This document shows positions 17,077 to 26,793 of a DNA stretch of 64,000 bases, piece by piece (position 1 is the first letter of the stretch; each line of letters starts with the position of its first letter). The position numbers and the translations under genes were made by a program. Below the pieces are notes generated by a model. It had not been told where the DNA came from, did no database searches, and worked only from the letters and a program-made list of their open reading frames with translations. The DNA comes from Syntrophales bacterium (GTDB lineage Bacteria > Desulfobacterota > Syntrophia > Syntrophales > UBA2192): the NCBI GenBank assembly GCA_035450185.1, contig DAOTMG010000006.1:27905-91904 (forward strand), given 5' to 3'.

Positions 17077-18178
17077 CGTCTCTTCCCCTTTCGGCAATCA
17101 TCGTTTCGATTTCCTTCATGAGTGCGGATATGAATTCCCTTTCCCGGATTTTCCGGATCACCCTTCCCTTTCTGAACAGAAGCCCGGAGCCCTTCCCCCC
17201 GGCGATGCCGACATCGGCCTCGGACGCCTCCCCGGGGCCGTTGACGGCGCATCCCATGAGGGCGATCTTGAACGGCTCCTTCATGCCGGCCAGTCTCCTT
17301 TCGACCTCGTCGACGAGAGGGACCAGATCGATTTCGCAGCGCCCGCAGGTCGGGCAGGAGACGATGTCGGGGCCTCTTTGCCGCAGGCCCAGCGCCCTCA
17401 GGATCCCGTAGCCGATTCTCACTTCGTCCACGGGGTCGCCCGTGACGGAGACACGGATCGTATCGCCGATTCCCTCGTTCAATAAAAGACCGATGCCGAC
17501 GGACGATTTGACGGCCGAACCGAGGACCCCGCCCGCCTCCGTCACACCCAGGTGGAGGGGGTAGGACATCTTTTTCGACGCCAGGCGGTAGGCCCGGACC
17601 ATCGTGGGCACGTCGGAGGACTTGAGGGACACCTTGAGGGCCGTGAATCCCAGGTCCTCCAGGAGGGCGACGTTGCTCATGGCGCTCTCCACGAGGGCCT
17701 CCGGCGTGGGTCCTCCGTGCCGTGAGAGGATGTCCTTCTGGAGCGAGCCCGAATTCACGCCGATGCGGATGACGGCTCCGCGGTCGGCAGCGGCCTTTAC
17801 GATTTCCCGGATCCGGTTGCGCTTCAGGTTCCCCGGGTTGATCCGGATTCCCTGGGCCCCCTTGTCGAGCGCCCCGATCGCAAGCCGGTAATTGAAGTGA
17901 ATGTCCGCGACCAGCGGAACCTCGACGCTCCTCCGGATCGTTCCGAAGGCCTCCAGGGCCTCCTCATCGGGAATGGCCAGCCGCACGATCTCGCAGCCGC
18001 AGGCTTCAAGCGCCCGAACCTGCCGGAGGGTCGTCCGGACATCCCGTGTGTCCGTGGAGGTCATCGACTGGACCGAGACGGGGGCTCCGCCGCCGATTTT
18101 CACGGGCCCCAGGTGAAGGGCCTTCGTCCTTTTTCTTTTTCGCCCGAGAGGACCCGGATCGGGCTGCATGGGTTCCAC
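17063..18178 (-). CDS. ispG: 4-hydroxy-3-methylbut-2-enyl diphosphate synthase (IspG/GcpE)
   Basis: 371 aa with VSVQSMT, SCPTCGRC, and MGCAVNGPGE motifs. Start is GTG 18178 (AGGAGG 4 nt upstream) or ATG 18169. Confidence 0.94.
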   Translation of the reverse strand: MEPMQPDPGPLGRKRKRTKALHLGPVKIGGGAPVSVQSMTSTDTRDVRTTLRQVRALEACGCEIVRLAIPDEEALEAFGTIRRSVEVPLVADIHFNYRLAIGALDKGAQGIRINPGNLKRNRIREIVKAAADRGAVIRIGVNSGSLQKDILSRHGGPTPEALVESAMSNVALLEDLGFTALKVSLKSSDVPTMVRAYRLASKKMSYPLHLGVTEAGGVLGSAVKSSVGIGLLLNEGIGDTIRVSVTGDPVDEVRIGYGILRALGLRQRGPDIVSCPTCGRCEIDLVPLVDEVERRLAGMKEPFKIALMGCAVNGPGEASEADVGIAGGKGSGLLFRKGRVIRKIREREFISALMKEIETMIAERGRDDAIL

Positions 18179-18452
18179 TTCACCTCCTGCTCCATTTTAA
18201 CATATCATAACACGGGATTTGAAAAACAACCCCATCCTCCTGACGGCTGAACAAAAAAGGGCTTTCCGTAGGGTTCGGGATATCTTTCGAATCGATCGGG
18301 ACCGCAGAAACGCCGGGCCTTCTCGATATCACGACGGGATGATGACGGTCCTGTGGCATCCCTGACGGAATAAGAGTGACCCGCACCCGGGGATGTTGAC
18401 TTGAACCGCCGGATGGCGATGCGGCTTTGGGTTTTTGGCCTCTCCGGAAAAT

Positions 18453-19847
18453 CTAGCGGCCCCTCCAGCAGTAGAGGCAGAGGTCTTTTTCCGGCAGACC
18501 GATGGCGCTGATCATGTCATCGATCGTCAAATATTTCAGCGAAGTGATGTTCAGGTCTTTTCGGATCCACTCGACCATCTTCCGGTATTTTTCCGTTCGG
18601 GCATCCAGGTATTCGGTGACGTCGTCGATATCCGCTCCTTCCAGGGCACTGATCGCCCGGCGGGACGCCAGTTCCGTCATGCTCCGGGTCGATGAGCCGT
18701 AACGGCAGGGGTACATCAGCGGCGGGCAGGCCACCCGGAGGTGGATTTCCTTCGCGCCGTTGTCCCAGAGTTTTCTGATCGTATAGTTTTTGATCTGGGT
18801 CCCGCGGACGATCGAATCGTCGCAGACGATCATGCGACTCCCCCGGATGACATCCTTCACGGCGATGAGCTTCATGGTGGCCACAAGGTCCCGGATGTCC
18901 TGCGACGGCGGCGTGTAACTCCGTCCGTATCCGGGGGTGTACTTGACGAGCGGCCTCCGGTAGGGAATCCCCGATGCCATGGCGTAACCGATGGCATGAC
19001 CGGTGCCGGAGTCCGGGATGCCGGTGACCATGTCCGCCTCGACGAGATCTCCTTTCGCGAGCGCCCGGCCGCAGCGTTCTCTCGTCTGTTCCACGCTGAT
19101 CCCTTCGTAGGACGATGACGGGTCCCCCGTGTAGATCCAGAGAAATGCGCAGACCTGCTTCACGGAATTTCCATTCTTGAGTTCCTTGAATCCATCGCCG
19201 GTCAGAAGCACGATTTCCCCGGGGCCGAGGAAGCGGATCAGCCGAAACCCCAGATTCTGGAACGAACTGGCCTCGGTGGCCACGACGCGCTCCCCGGCCT
19301 CGTTCTCACCGACGGCCAGGGGGAAACGCCCGAACCGGTCCCTTGCGGCGTAAATTCCCTCGTCTTTGAGAATCAGGATCGAGATGGAACCCTCGATCCG
19401 TTCCTGCACCCGGGAGATGCCGTCGACCAGGGAACTCCCCTGATTGATCAGCCGGGCGATCAGCTCCACCGTATTGACACCGCCGCCGGTCATCTCGTTG
19501 AAGGTGACCCCCGCTGCCAGGAGTTCCTGCGTGAGCTTGTCCTTGTTGGTGATGAGGCCCGTGCCGGCGATCGCGAAGGTGCCGAACTTGGACCGGATGA
19601 TAAGAGGCTGGGGAGCGTCGTTGTTGATGGAGCCGATCCCCTTGATCCCGCTCATCTTTCTGTAGTCTTCGACGAATTTCGATTTGAACTGGGCCTGGCT
19701 GATGCTGTGGATCGTGTTGAAGAATCCCCGCTCACCCCAGATGGCCATTCCGCCGTTTTCGGTCCCCAGGTGGGAATGGTAATCCGTCCCGTAAAAGAGA
19801 GCCTTGGAACACTGGCGGGTTGAAACGATGCCGAATAGACCGCCCAT
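18453..19847 (-). CDS. Amidophosphoribosyltransferase-like protein (PurF paralog) lacking the N-terminal Cys nucleophile
   Basis: 464 aa with PRPP loop MIVCDDSIVRGTQ and Cys residues at CAFLWIY, ACPPLMYPC and CLYC. The N-terminus is MGGLFGIVS where PurF has (M)CG(I/V)xGI. HSHLGTE replaces LQHRGQ(D/E). ATG verified in the DNA (ATG GGC GGT CTA TTC GGC). Confidence 0.8.
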   Translation of the reverse strand: MGGLFGIVSTRQCSKALFYGTDYHSHLGTENGGMAIWGERGFFNTIHSISQAQFKSKFVEDYRKMSGIKGIGSINNDAPQPLIIRSKFGTFAIAGTGLITNKDKLTQELLAAGVTFNEMTGGGVNTVELIARLINQGSSLVDGISRVQERIEGSISILILKDEGIYAARDRFGRFPLAVGENEAGERVVATEASSFQNLGFRLIRFLGPGEIVLLTGDGFKELKNGNSVKQVCAFLWIYTGDPSSSYEGISVEQTRERCGRALAKGDLVEADMVTGIPDSGTGHAIGYAMASGIPYRRPLVKYTPGYGRSYTPPSQDIRDLVATMKLIAVKDVIRGSRMIVCDDSIVRGTQIKNYTIRKLWDNGAKEIHLRVACPPLMYPCRYGSSTRSMTELASRRAISALEGADIDDVTEYLDARTEKYRKMVEWIRKDLNITSLKYLTIDDMISAIGLPEKDLCLYCWRGR

Positions 19848-19869
19848 GATGTCAAAACGCCTCCTCTAC

Positions 19870-21063
19870 CTACGCCAGCTTTTCAACGGCCGCCTTGATC
19901 CGGCGGACGCCCTCTTCGATGTCCTGCATCGACGCGGCGTAGGAAAGACGAATGTAATGGTCATTTCCGAAAGCCGAACCGGGAACCACGGCGACCCCCG
20001 CTTCCTCGAGAAGAAACTCCGACAGGTCGACGGAATGGTTCATTTTCCTGTTCCCGGCCCCCTTTCCGTAGAGCCGGGAGACCCTCGGGAACACATAAAA
20101 GGCCCCCGGGGGTTTCATGCAGCTGATTCCACGGATGCCGTTCAGGGCCTTCACGATGTAGTCCCTTCTCTTCTGAAACTCCGCGGTCATGACGGAAACG
20201 GCCGACTGATCCCCTGCCAGGGCTTCCACGGACGCTTTCTGGGAGATGGAGGCGGCGTTCGAGGTGCTCTGGCTCTGCATCTCCGTGACGGCCGAGATGA
20301 CACGCTCGGGTCCCGCCGCGTATCCGATCCTCCAGCCCGTCATGGCGTACGCCTTTGAGACGCCGTTGACGACGATGCATCGATCCTTCATCGCTTCGCT
20401 GACATTCGCAATGTTGTGGAACGGGAGCCCGTCATAGAGGATCCGTTCGTAGATGTCGTCGGAGATGGCCAGGACCCCTTTGGAAAGGAGGACGTCGGCG
20501 ATTCCCCGCAGCTCTTCCAGGCTGTAGACGGCGCCCGTGGGGTTCGAGGGGCTGTTGATGATGACGGCCTTTGTCTTCTTCCGGATCGCTTTCTCGAGCC
20601 TCTCCGGCGTGAGCTTGAAACCCGTCGCCGCCGTCGTGGGTACGATGACGGGCCTTGCGCCGGCCAGGAGGACGATGTCGGGGTATGAGACCCAGTAGGG
20701 GGACGGGATGATCACCTCGTCGCCCCTCTCGAAGAGCGCCTGCGCGATATTGTAAAGCGTGTGCTTGGCGCCACAGGAGACCACCACCTGGGAGCGCCCG
20801 TAGGCCAGGTCGTTGTCCCGTTTCAGCTTGGTGATGATGGCATCCTTCAGGTCATCGGTACCGCCCACGGGCGTGTACTTGGTGAATCCCTCCCGGATGG
20901 CCCGGATGGCCGCCTCTTTGATGTTCGCGGGGGTGTCGAAGTCCGGCTCCCCCGCACCGAACCCGATGATGTCCCTGCCCTGGGCCTGCAGGGCCTTCGC
21001 GCGCATCGTGACCGCCAGGGTCGGCGACGGTTTGATCTTTGTTACCCTCGCGGCCAGTTTCAT
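19870..21063 (-). CDS. Class I PLP-dependent aminotransferase (aspartate aminotransferase-like)
   Basis: MKLAARVTKIKPSPTLAV..., NSPSNPTGAVY, and SKAYAMTGWRIGY (PLP Lys). Start trimmed to ATG 21063, which forms an ATGA overlap with the coaD stop. Confidence 0.9.
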   Translation of the reverse strand: MKLAARVTKIKPSPTLAVTMRAKALQAQGRDIIGFGAGEPDFDTPANIKEAAIRAIREGFTKYTPVGGTDDLKDAIITKLKRDNDLAYGRSQVVVSCGAKHTLYNIAQALFERGDEVIIPSPYWVSYPDIVLLAGARPVIVPTTAATGFKLTPERLEKAIRKKTKAVIINSPSNPTGAVYSLEELRGIADVLLSKGVLAISDDIYERILYDGLPFHNIANVSEAMKDRCIVVNGVSKAYAMTGWRIGYAAGPERVISAVTEMQSQSTSNAASISQKASVEALAGDQSAVSVMTAEFQKRRDYIVKALNGIRGISCMKPPGAFYVFPRVSRLYGKGAGNRKMNHSVDLSEFLLEEAGVAVVPGSAFGNDHYIRLSYAASMQDIEEGVRRIKAAVEKLA

Positions 21064-21566
21064 TCCCTGCGTCCCCTGTTGAACTGCTCGTGGTACTTGT
21101 CTTCCAGCTTCTGACGGACGATCTCGGGCACAAGCCCCCGCACCGATCCGCCGTGACCGGCGGCTTCCTTGATCAGGTTGGAGCTTGTGTAAAACCACTT
21201 GTAACCCGTCATGAGGAAAACCGTTTCGATGTCCCGGTTCAGCCGGCGGTTGAGAAGGGCCATCTGGAATTCATATTCGAAGTCGGACAGAGCCCTCAGA
21301 CCCCGGAGAATGACCTGGGCGCCCTTGTCTTTCACATAGTCGACCAGAAGCCCCGAGAAGTTGTCGATGGTGACCCTCGGTTCGGCTCCGATGACAGCCC
21401 GAATCATGTCCATGCGCTCCTCGACGGAAAAAAGCCCGGTCTTGTTCGGATTGTAGGCGACCAGGATGATGAGCCGATCGAAGAACCTCAAGCCCCGTCG
21501 AATGATATCCAGATGACCGTTCGTGATCGGGTCAAAAGACCCCGGATAGACTGCAAGCCTTTCCAT
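21060..21566 (-). CDS. coaD: Phosphopantetheine adenylyltransferase
   Basis: 168 aa, MERLAVYPGSFDPITNGHLDII (HxGH motif). Confidence 0.95.
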   Translation of the reverse strand: MERLAVYPGSFDPITNGHLDIIRRGLRFFDRLIILVAYNPNKTGLFSVEERMDMIRAVIGAEPRVTIDNFSGLLVDYVKDKGAQVILRGLRALSDFEYEFQMALLNRRLNRDIETVFLMTGYKWFYTSSNLIKEAAGHGGSVRGLVPEIVRQKLEDKYHEQFNRGRRE

Positions 21567-21575
21567 CGTCCTCCC

Positions 21576-22130
21576 TTACCCCCTCCATTGGAAGAATGAT
21601 ATTTCTGTTTCCCCGTAACGTTTTTTCCGGGTCCTTGCGAAGGGCGCCGGTTCCCCCGCCGGCGCCTCCCGCGCGGAGTGCTGCAGGACAAAAACACCCG
21701 AAGGGCGGGCCAGTACGGGCGATCTCTTGATCAGGTCCAGCGTCTGATCCACATACCCTTTCCCGTAGGGCGGGTCCGCGAAAACAATGTCGAAGCTCTC
21801 CCGCCTGCGCCCGAGCATGCGGATCCCCTGCTCCACGGTCGCTCCGATCACTTCCGAGGAAAATCCGATCCGGATCCGGACCAGGTTTCTTCGAATGGCC
21901 GCGACGCAGGAACGGTTCTTCTCGACGAACACGACCCTGGAAGCGCCCCTGCTCAACGCCTCGAGCCCCATGCTGCCGGAACCGGCATAGAGGTCGAGGA
22001 AAGATCTGCCGTCCAGGCCGGACAGTATGTTAAAGACGGACTCCCGGACCCGATCGGAGGTCGGCCTCAGGGAAAGGCCCCTCGGTGAATACAGGGTCAG
22101 ACCTTTTGCCCGGCCTCCGATAATACGCAT
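21576..22130 (-). CDS. rsmD: 16S rRNA (guanine966-N2)-methyltransferase RsmD
   Basis: 184 aa with MRIIGGRAKG, RPTSDRVRESVFNIL, and the DPPY motif. Confidence 0.9.
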   Translation of the reverse strand: MRIIGGRAKGLTLYSPRGLSLRPTSDRVRESVFNILSGLDGRSFLDLYAGSGSMGLEALSRGASRVVFVEKNRSCVAAIRRNLVRIRIGFSSEVIGATVEQGIRMLGRRRESFDIVFADPPYGKGYVDQTLDLIKRSPVLARPSGVFVLQHSAREAPAGEPAPFARTRKKRYGETEISFFQWRG

Positions 22131-22142
22131 GACGAAACAGGG

Positions 22143-23162
22143 TTATTTCAGGTAATCCCGGATCAGGATCTCGGCAATCTGAACGGTGTTCAGCGCCGCG
22201 CCTTTCCGGAGGTTGTCCGAAACAATCCACAGGTTGAGACCGTTGGGAATGGAGGTGTCTTCCCGGATCCTGCCGACGAAGGTCTCATCCCTCCCCGCCG
22301 CGTGGATCGCCAGGGGGTATTCCCGCCTGCCCGGGTCGTCGACGACCACGATGCCCGGCGCCTTCGAGAGCAGTGCCCTGGCTTCTTCGGCCGTGATCTT
22401 CTTCTCCGTTTCGATGTTGACCGACTCCGAGTGCGCCCTGAAAACGGGGACTCGAATGGTCGTCGCCGTCACCGCGATCGAATCGTCGCCCATGATCTTA
22501 TGGGTCTCCCAGATCATCTTCATCTCTTCCCTCGTGTATCCGTTTTCCATGAACACATCGATCTGCGGCAGACAGTTGAAAGCGATCTGATGAGGATAGA
22601 CCCGGACCACGGGGTCCTGGAAGTTCATGAGAGCCCTTGTCTGTTCGGTGAGTTCTTCCATGGCTTTCCTGCCCGTCCCCGAAACGGACTGATAGGTCGA
22701 CACGACCACCCGCTTGATCTTCACCGCGTCGTGGATGGGTTTCAGCGCAACGACCATCTGAATGGTCGAGCAATTGGGGTTCGCGATGATCCCCCGTGTC
22801 CTGTATTCGGCGATTTTCCCCGGGTTCACCTCCGGCACCACCAGGGGTATGTCGGGCTCGTAGCGGAAGGCACTCGTGTTGTCGATGACGACGCAGCCGG
22901 CGGCGGCTGCAATAGGCGCGAACTTCTGGCTGATACTTCCGCCGGCGGAAAAAAGGCCGATTTCGACCCCCGTGAAAGAATGCTCTCCGAGCACCTTCAC
23001 GGGATGGGCTTTCCCCCTGAATTCGAGTTCCTTGCCCAGCGATCGTTCAGACGCCAGAAGCGTCAGCGTCTTCACCGGGAATTTTCTTTCCTCCAGAATG
23101 GAAAGCATCTCGTTGCCGACGGCGCCGGTCGCGCCGACCACGGCCACATGATACTCGCGCAT
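22143..23162 (-). CDS. asd: Aspartate-semialdehyde dehydrogenase
   Basis: MREYHVAVVGATGAVG (Rossmann fold), active-site NPNCST, and SGTG. Start trimmed to ATG 23162. Confidence 0.94.
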   Translation of the reverse strand: MREYHVAVVGATGAVGNEMLSILEERKFPVKTLTLLASERSLGKELEFRGKAHPVKVLGEHSFTGVEIGLFSAGGSISQKFAPIAAAAGCVVIDNTSAFRYEPDIPLVVPEVNPGKIAEYRTRGIIANPNCSTIQMVVALKPIHDAVKIKRVVVSTYQSVSGTGRKAMEELTEQTRALMNFQDPVVRVYPHQIAFNCLPQIDVFMENGYTREEMKMIWETHKIMGDDSIAVTATTIRVPVFRAHSESVNIETEKKITAEEARALLSKAPGIVVVDDPGRREYPLAIHAAGRDETFVGRIREDTSIPNGLNLWIVSDNLRKGAALNTVQIAEILIRDYLK

Positions 23163-23215
23163 GGTGGAATCCAACCTCCGTGACAGAATGATGCAAGGCA
23201 GCCGCCTTTGTGACA

Positions 23216-24043
23216 CTACGTCTGCGGTTTGCTCGGCTCGTGACCGATTTCGCCTTTTGGGGCTTCCCCGTGCCGGATCCGCCTCAGCATCTTGAAGACG
23301 AGCCAGAGCGGACCGGAGAAGGCGTAGCTGACGGCGAAAGTGAAGAGCATCACCTGGGGTTCCGCGACGACCACGATGAGCAGAAGAACCAGCAGGATGA
23401 AAGACAGGAAGGGCTCCCGCGTGAACAGGTTGAGGTCCTTGAAGCTGTAATACTTGACGTTGCTCACCATCAGCAGGGCCAGCACAATGACGCCCCCGAG
23501 GATGGCCGGATGGTGGAAGGGACCCGTACCGCCGATATAATCATACAGCATGACCGTTGTGGCCACGACGAGGGCCGCCGCCGGGATGGCCAGCCCGTTG
23601 AAGAACCGGCTGTCAATGACCGTGATCTGAATGTTGAAGCGGGCAAGGCGCAGGGCCCCGCAGGCCACGAAGAGCGCTGCCACGAGCCAGCCCCACCGGC
23701 CGTAGGTGGACAGCGACCAGGTGTAGGCCAGGACGGCCGGGGCCACGCCGAAGGCCACCAGATCGGCCAGCGAGTCGTACTCGACACCGAACTTGGAGGT
23801 GGTCCGCGTCATCCGGGCGATTCTCCCGTCCAGCCCGTCGAGGATCAGCGAAATGGGGATCGCCACCGCCGCGTGGACAAACTGGCCCGTGATGGAAGAA
23901 ACCACGGAGTACACGCCGGCGAAGAGACTGGCCGTCGTGAAAAGATTGGGCAATATGTAGATGCCCTTTTTCATTTTTTCCTTTTTGAAAAACCGGCCTC
24001 TTCTGAAAAAACGCTCTTTTCTCAATCGATCTCTATTTTTCAT
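23216..24043 (-). CDS. pssA: CDP-diacylglycerol--serine O-phosphatidyltransferase
   Basis: GIYILPNLFT and the CDP-alcohol phosphotransferase motif DGLDGRIAR...D..AD. Start is ATG 24043 (11-nt overlap with psd) or ATG 23974 (AAGGA upstream). Confidence 0.88.
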   Translation of the reverse strand: MKNRDRLRKERFFRRGRFFKKEKMKKGIYILPNLFTTASLFAGVYSVVSSITGQFVHAAVAIPISLILDGLDGRIARMTRTTSKFGVEYDSLADLVAFGVAPAVLAYTWSLSTYGRWGWLVAALFVACGALRLARFNIQITVIDSRFFNGLAIPAAALVVATTVMLYDYIGGTGPFHHPAILGGVIVLALLMVSNVKYYSFKDLNLFTREPFLSFILLVLLLIVVVAEPQVMLFTFAVSYAFSGPLWLVFKMLRRIRHGEAPKGEIGHEPSKPQT

Positions 24044-24683
24044 CGTCCTGTCCCAGGGGGGTTTCACCGGCTTTGACCCTCTGTCCCGCCTGAACAAGGA
24101 CAGAGACACCGGGCGGCAGAAAGACCTCTACGCGGGAACCGAAACAGATGAGCCCGAATCGTTCACCCCGGCTCACATTCATTCCTTCCGATATCCAGCA
24201 GATGATCCGCCGGGCGATGATACCGGCGATCTGCACCGTCATGAACTTCCGGCCGTCGCCCTGGACGATCACGACGGCGTTCTTCTCGTTATCCTCCGAG
24301 GCCTTGTCCAGATTGGCCGAGAAAAATTTTCCCTCCCGATAAATAACCCGTTCGACCCTCCCCGGGAAGGGGATGCGATTCACGTGGACGTTGAAGATAT
24401 TCATGAAGATGCTGACCTTCTTGAAGCGGCCCGCGATGGGGTCGGTCATCTCCACGTCATCGATCCGGAGCACCTTCCCGTCCGCCGGTGATACATAGGT
24501 CCTCTCGTCCGCCGGCGGGTAGCGCTCCGGATTTCGAAAGAAAAAAGCACAGAAAAGAGACGCCAGGAAACAGAAGACCGCGAAGCCGTAAAAACCCGTC
24601 AGCCCCGCCAGAATGCCCGCGAGGCCCGTGACATAGACGAAAGGCAAACCTTCCCTGACGATGAACCCTGTTTTATCCTTCAT
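24033..24683 (-). CDS. psd: Phosphatidylserine decarboxylase proenzyme (short, archaetidylserine-decarboxylase-like type)
   Basis: 216 aa with an N-terminal TM segment and FGSRVEV (G-S self-cleavage site). Adjacent to pssA. Confidence 0.9.
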   Translation of the reverse strand: MKDKTGFIVREGLPFVYVTGLAGILAGLTGFYGFAVFCFLASLFCAFFFRNPERYPPADERTYVSPADGKVLRIDDVEMTDPIAGRFKKVSIFMNIFNVHVNRIPFPGRVERVIYREGKFFSANLDKASEDNEKNAVVIVQGDGRKFMTVQIAGIIARRIICWISEGMNVSRGERFGLICFGSRVEVFLPPGVSVLVQAGQRVKAGETPLGQDDEK

Positions 24684-24721
24684 TTTCCGGCTTCACAAAC
24701 AGCCCGCGTCCGCGGGATATT

Positions 24722-24946
24722 CTAACGGTATTTATTCAGGATCTGGTATATTTTATCCTTGCTCATGAGCTTCATCTTCTGAAGCTTTTTCTTTTCCATC
24801 TCCTCTTCAGGCGTCAGGTAAAGCCGCTTGTTGAACTGCTCGAGGGCCTTTTCGAAATTCCGGTGGTCTTCCACCGATCTTCGAAGTTCATCGTCCTGAT
24901 GAATGTGTTTGGCAATCAATAGTTCTTCAGGCTTGTCCATGAACAC
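24722..24946 (-). CDS. DUF465 (YdcH-like) small protein
   Basis: 74 aa: HIHQDDELRRSVEDHRNFEKALEQFNKRLYLTPEEEMEKKKLQKMKL, a typical DUF465 coiled-coil pattern. Confidence 0.8.
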   Translation of the reverse strand: MFMDKPEELLIAKHIHQDDELRRSVEDHRNFEKALEQFNKRLYLTPEEEMEKKKLQKMKLMSKDKIYQILNKYR

Positions 24947-25031
24947 CCCTCCCTTTCTGAGAGTTTTTTCTTATATCATATCCGCCTGCCTTAGAAAATC
25001 AAATTTCAAGGCGAAAGTGGAGGATCTGAGG

Positions 25032-25727
25032 CTACTTGCGTTCTCCGCCGGATCGGATCTCCGCCTCGGAACGCCTGAGGTACCGGGGCGCGAAAGTCAG
25101 CAGATCGTCCCTCTCGCCCCTGCGGTGCCTCTCGAGACCCAGCAGAGCGACGGTCGAGGGCCTGATGAACTGCAAGTGAGCCGGGGCAAAAAAGGCACGC
25201 GACGGGAGCATCTCCCGGATCAGGCGGCCGTACACCGGCACACCGTCGCCGACGAAAATAACGGGTTCCCGGATCCTTTCCAGGAAGAACGATGGCTCGA
25301 CGGCCTGATCGGGCTCGATCTTCTCCAGCCCTCCGGCCCGGGACGGTCTGTACAGGGAGGTGTAGACCTGCCCTTTCCGGGCATCCAGAAGGGGGCAGAC
25401 GAGATGGGCGGCAAAGGCCAGGTTCTGTGCCAGGGCGTCCAGGGTGGACACGCCGATGATGTCCCCCCCCGTCCCCAGGGCCATGCCCTTGGCGAGCCCC
25501 GCCCCGACGCGCAGTCCCGTGAAGGAGCCCGGTCCGTGGGTCACCGCAAAGAGCCGGACCTCTTCAACGGCCGTCCCCGCCGCGGACAGGATCGCCTCGA
25601 CGGCGGGCAGGACCCGTTCCGAATGGGTGACCCGGAGGCGGAAAAAGGACTCGGCCACGACGTCTTCGTCCTTCAGCAGTGCGATACCGGCGGAACGGGT
25701 CGACGTGTCGATGGCGAGGATCATCAT
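25032..25727 (-). CDS. tsaB: tRNA threonylcarbamoyladenosine biosynthesis protein TsaB
   Basis: 231 aa with MMILAIDTSTRSAGIALL and GPGSFTGLRVG. Confidence 0.92.
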   Translation of the reverse strand: MMILAIDTSTRSAGIALLKDEDVVAESFFRLRVTHSERVLPAVEAILSAAGTAVEEVRLFAVTHGPGSFTGLRVGAGLAKGMALGTGGDIIGVSTLDALAQNLAFAAHLVCPLLDARKGQVYTSLYRPSRAGGLEKIEPDQAVEPSFFLERIREPVIFVGDGVPVYGRLIREMLPSRAFFAPAHLQFIRPSTVALLGLERHRRGERDDLLTFAPRYLRRSEAEIRSGGERK

Positions 25728-25728
25728 G

Positions 25729-26793
25729 TCACTCTCCGAAGAGCCTGAGGATGTCGTTGTAGAAGACGAAGATGATCAGCATGATGAGGATCGCAAACCC
25801 GACCTGCTGGGCTCTTTCCCGCCACTTGATGTTGACTTCCCGGCCCGTGACGGCCTCGATCAGGTAGAAAAAGAGATGACCGCCGTCCAGCACGGGGATG
25901 GGAAGGAGATTGAGGACGCCCAGGTTGATGCTGAGGAGGCCCATGAAAAAGACGAAGTTCAGGATTCCCCGTTTGGCCTGCACACCGGCCATCTGCGCGA
26001 TGAGAATGGGGCCCCCGAGGTTCTTGGGGGAAACGACCCCTTCGACCATCTTGACGATGCTCAGAAGCGTCAGTTCCGTGATCGTCCAGGTCTGGAGGAC
26101 GCCCGACCAGAGCGCCGCCGCGGGGTTCTGCCGTTCGATGAAGGTGTTCGTCGACGAACTCACGCCGATCCTGTAGGAATCCACGTCCTCCCCGAAGATG
26201 TTCTTCCCCGCCGCGAGTTCGGGTCGGAGGCGGACTTCGAACCGCTCCTGGTTCCTCTCCGCGGTGATCGAGAGCTCCCGGCCGCCGCTCGACGTGATGC
26301 TGTCTGCGAGATCACTCCAGCGCGTCATGGTCTTGCCGTCGACGGCGATGATCCTGTCCCCTTCCCGGATGCCCGCGACGTATGCGGGAGACCCGTCCTG
26401 GACGCCGCCCACATCGGTCGTCATGGTGGGGATGCCGACCATGTGGATGACGGCGAAGCTCAGGATGGCGAAGAGGAAATTGAAGGCCGGACCGGAGATG
26501 ACGATCGCGATCCTTCGCCAGACGTTCTGCCTGGAAAAGGACCTCTTTTCATCTTCCGGTGAGACGCGGTCGGATTCCGACTCTCCGAGGAGTTTCACGT
26601 AACCGCCCAGCGGCACGGCGGACAGAAGGTACTCCGTTTCCCCCACGCGCCTTCCGATGAGTTTGGGGCCGAAGCCGAGCGAGAATTTCAGGACACCCAC
26701 ACCCATGAGCTTGGCCACGATGAAGTGGCCGAACTCGTGGACGAAGATCAGGACGCCCAGCAGGACGACAACGGACACGATACTGATTCCCAT
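25729..26793 (-). CDS. rseP: RIP metalloprotease RseP (site-2 protease)
   Basis: MGISIVSVVVLLGVLIFVHEFGHFIVAK (HExxH), a PDZ region, and a C-terminal LDGG motif. Start ATG 26793 shares one base with the dxr stop (TGATG). Confidence 0.92.
   Translation of the reverse strand: MGISIVSVVVLLGVLIFVHEFGHFIVAKLMGVGVLKFSLGFGPKLIGRRVGETEYLLSAVPLGGYVKLLGESESDRVSPEDEKRSFSRQNVWRRIAIVISGPAFNFLFAILSFAVIHMVGIPTMTTDVGGVQDGSPAYVAGIREGDRIIAVDGKTMTRWSDLADSITSSGGRELSITAERNQERFEVRLRPELAAGKNIFGEDVDSYRIGVSSSTNTFIERQNPAAALWSGVLQTWTITELTLLSIVKMVEGVVSPKNLGGPILIAQMAGVQAKRGILNFVFFMGLLSINLGVLNLLPIPVLDGGHLFFYLIEAVTGREVNIKWRERAQQVGFAILIMLIIFVFYNDILRLFGE

Noticed and set aside
18180-18386. 68-aa ORF (GTG start) filling the 274-bp gap upstream of ispG
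   Set aside because: Hand-counted GC3 is about 56 percent, versus about 77-78 percent in the real genes checked. It has no SD and no motifs. The region is more likely the ispG promoter/leader.
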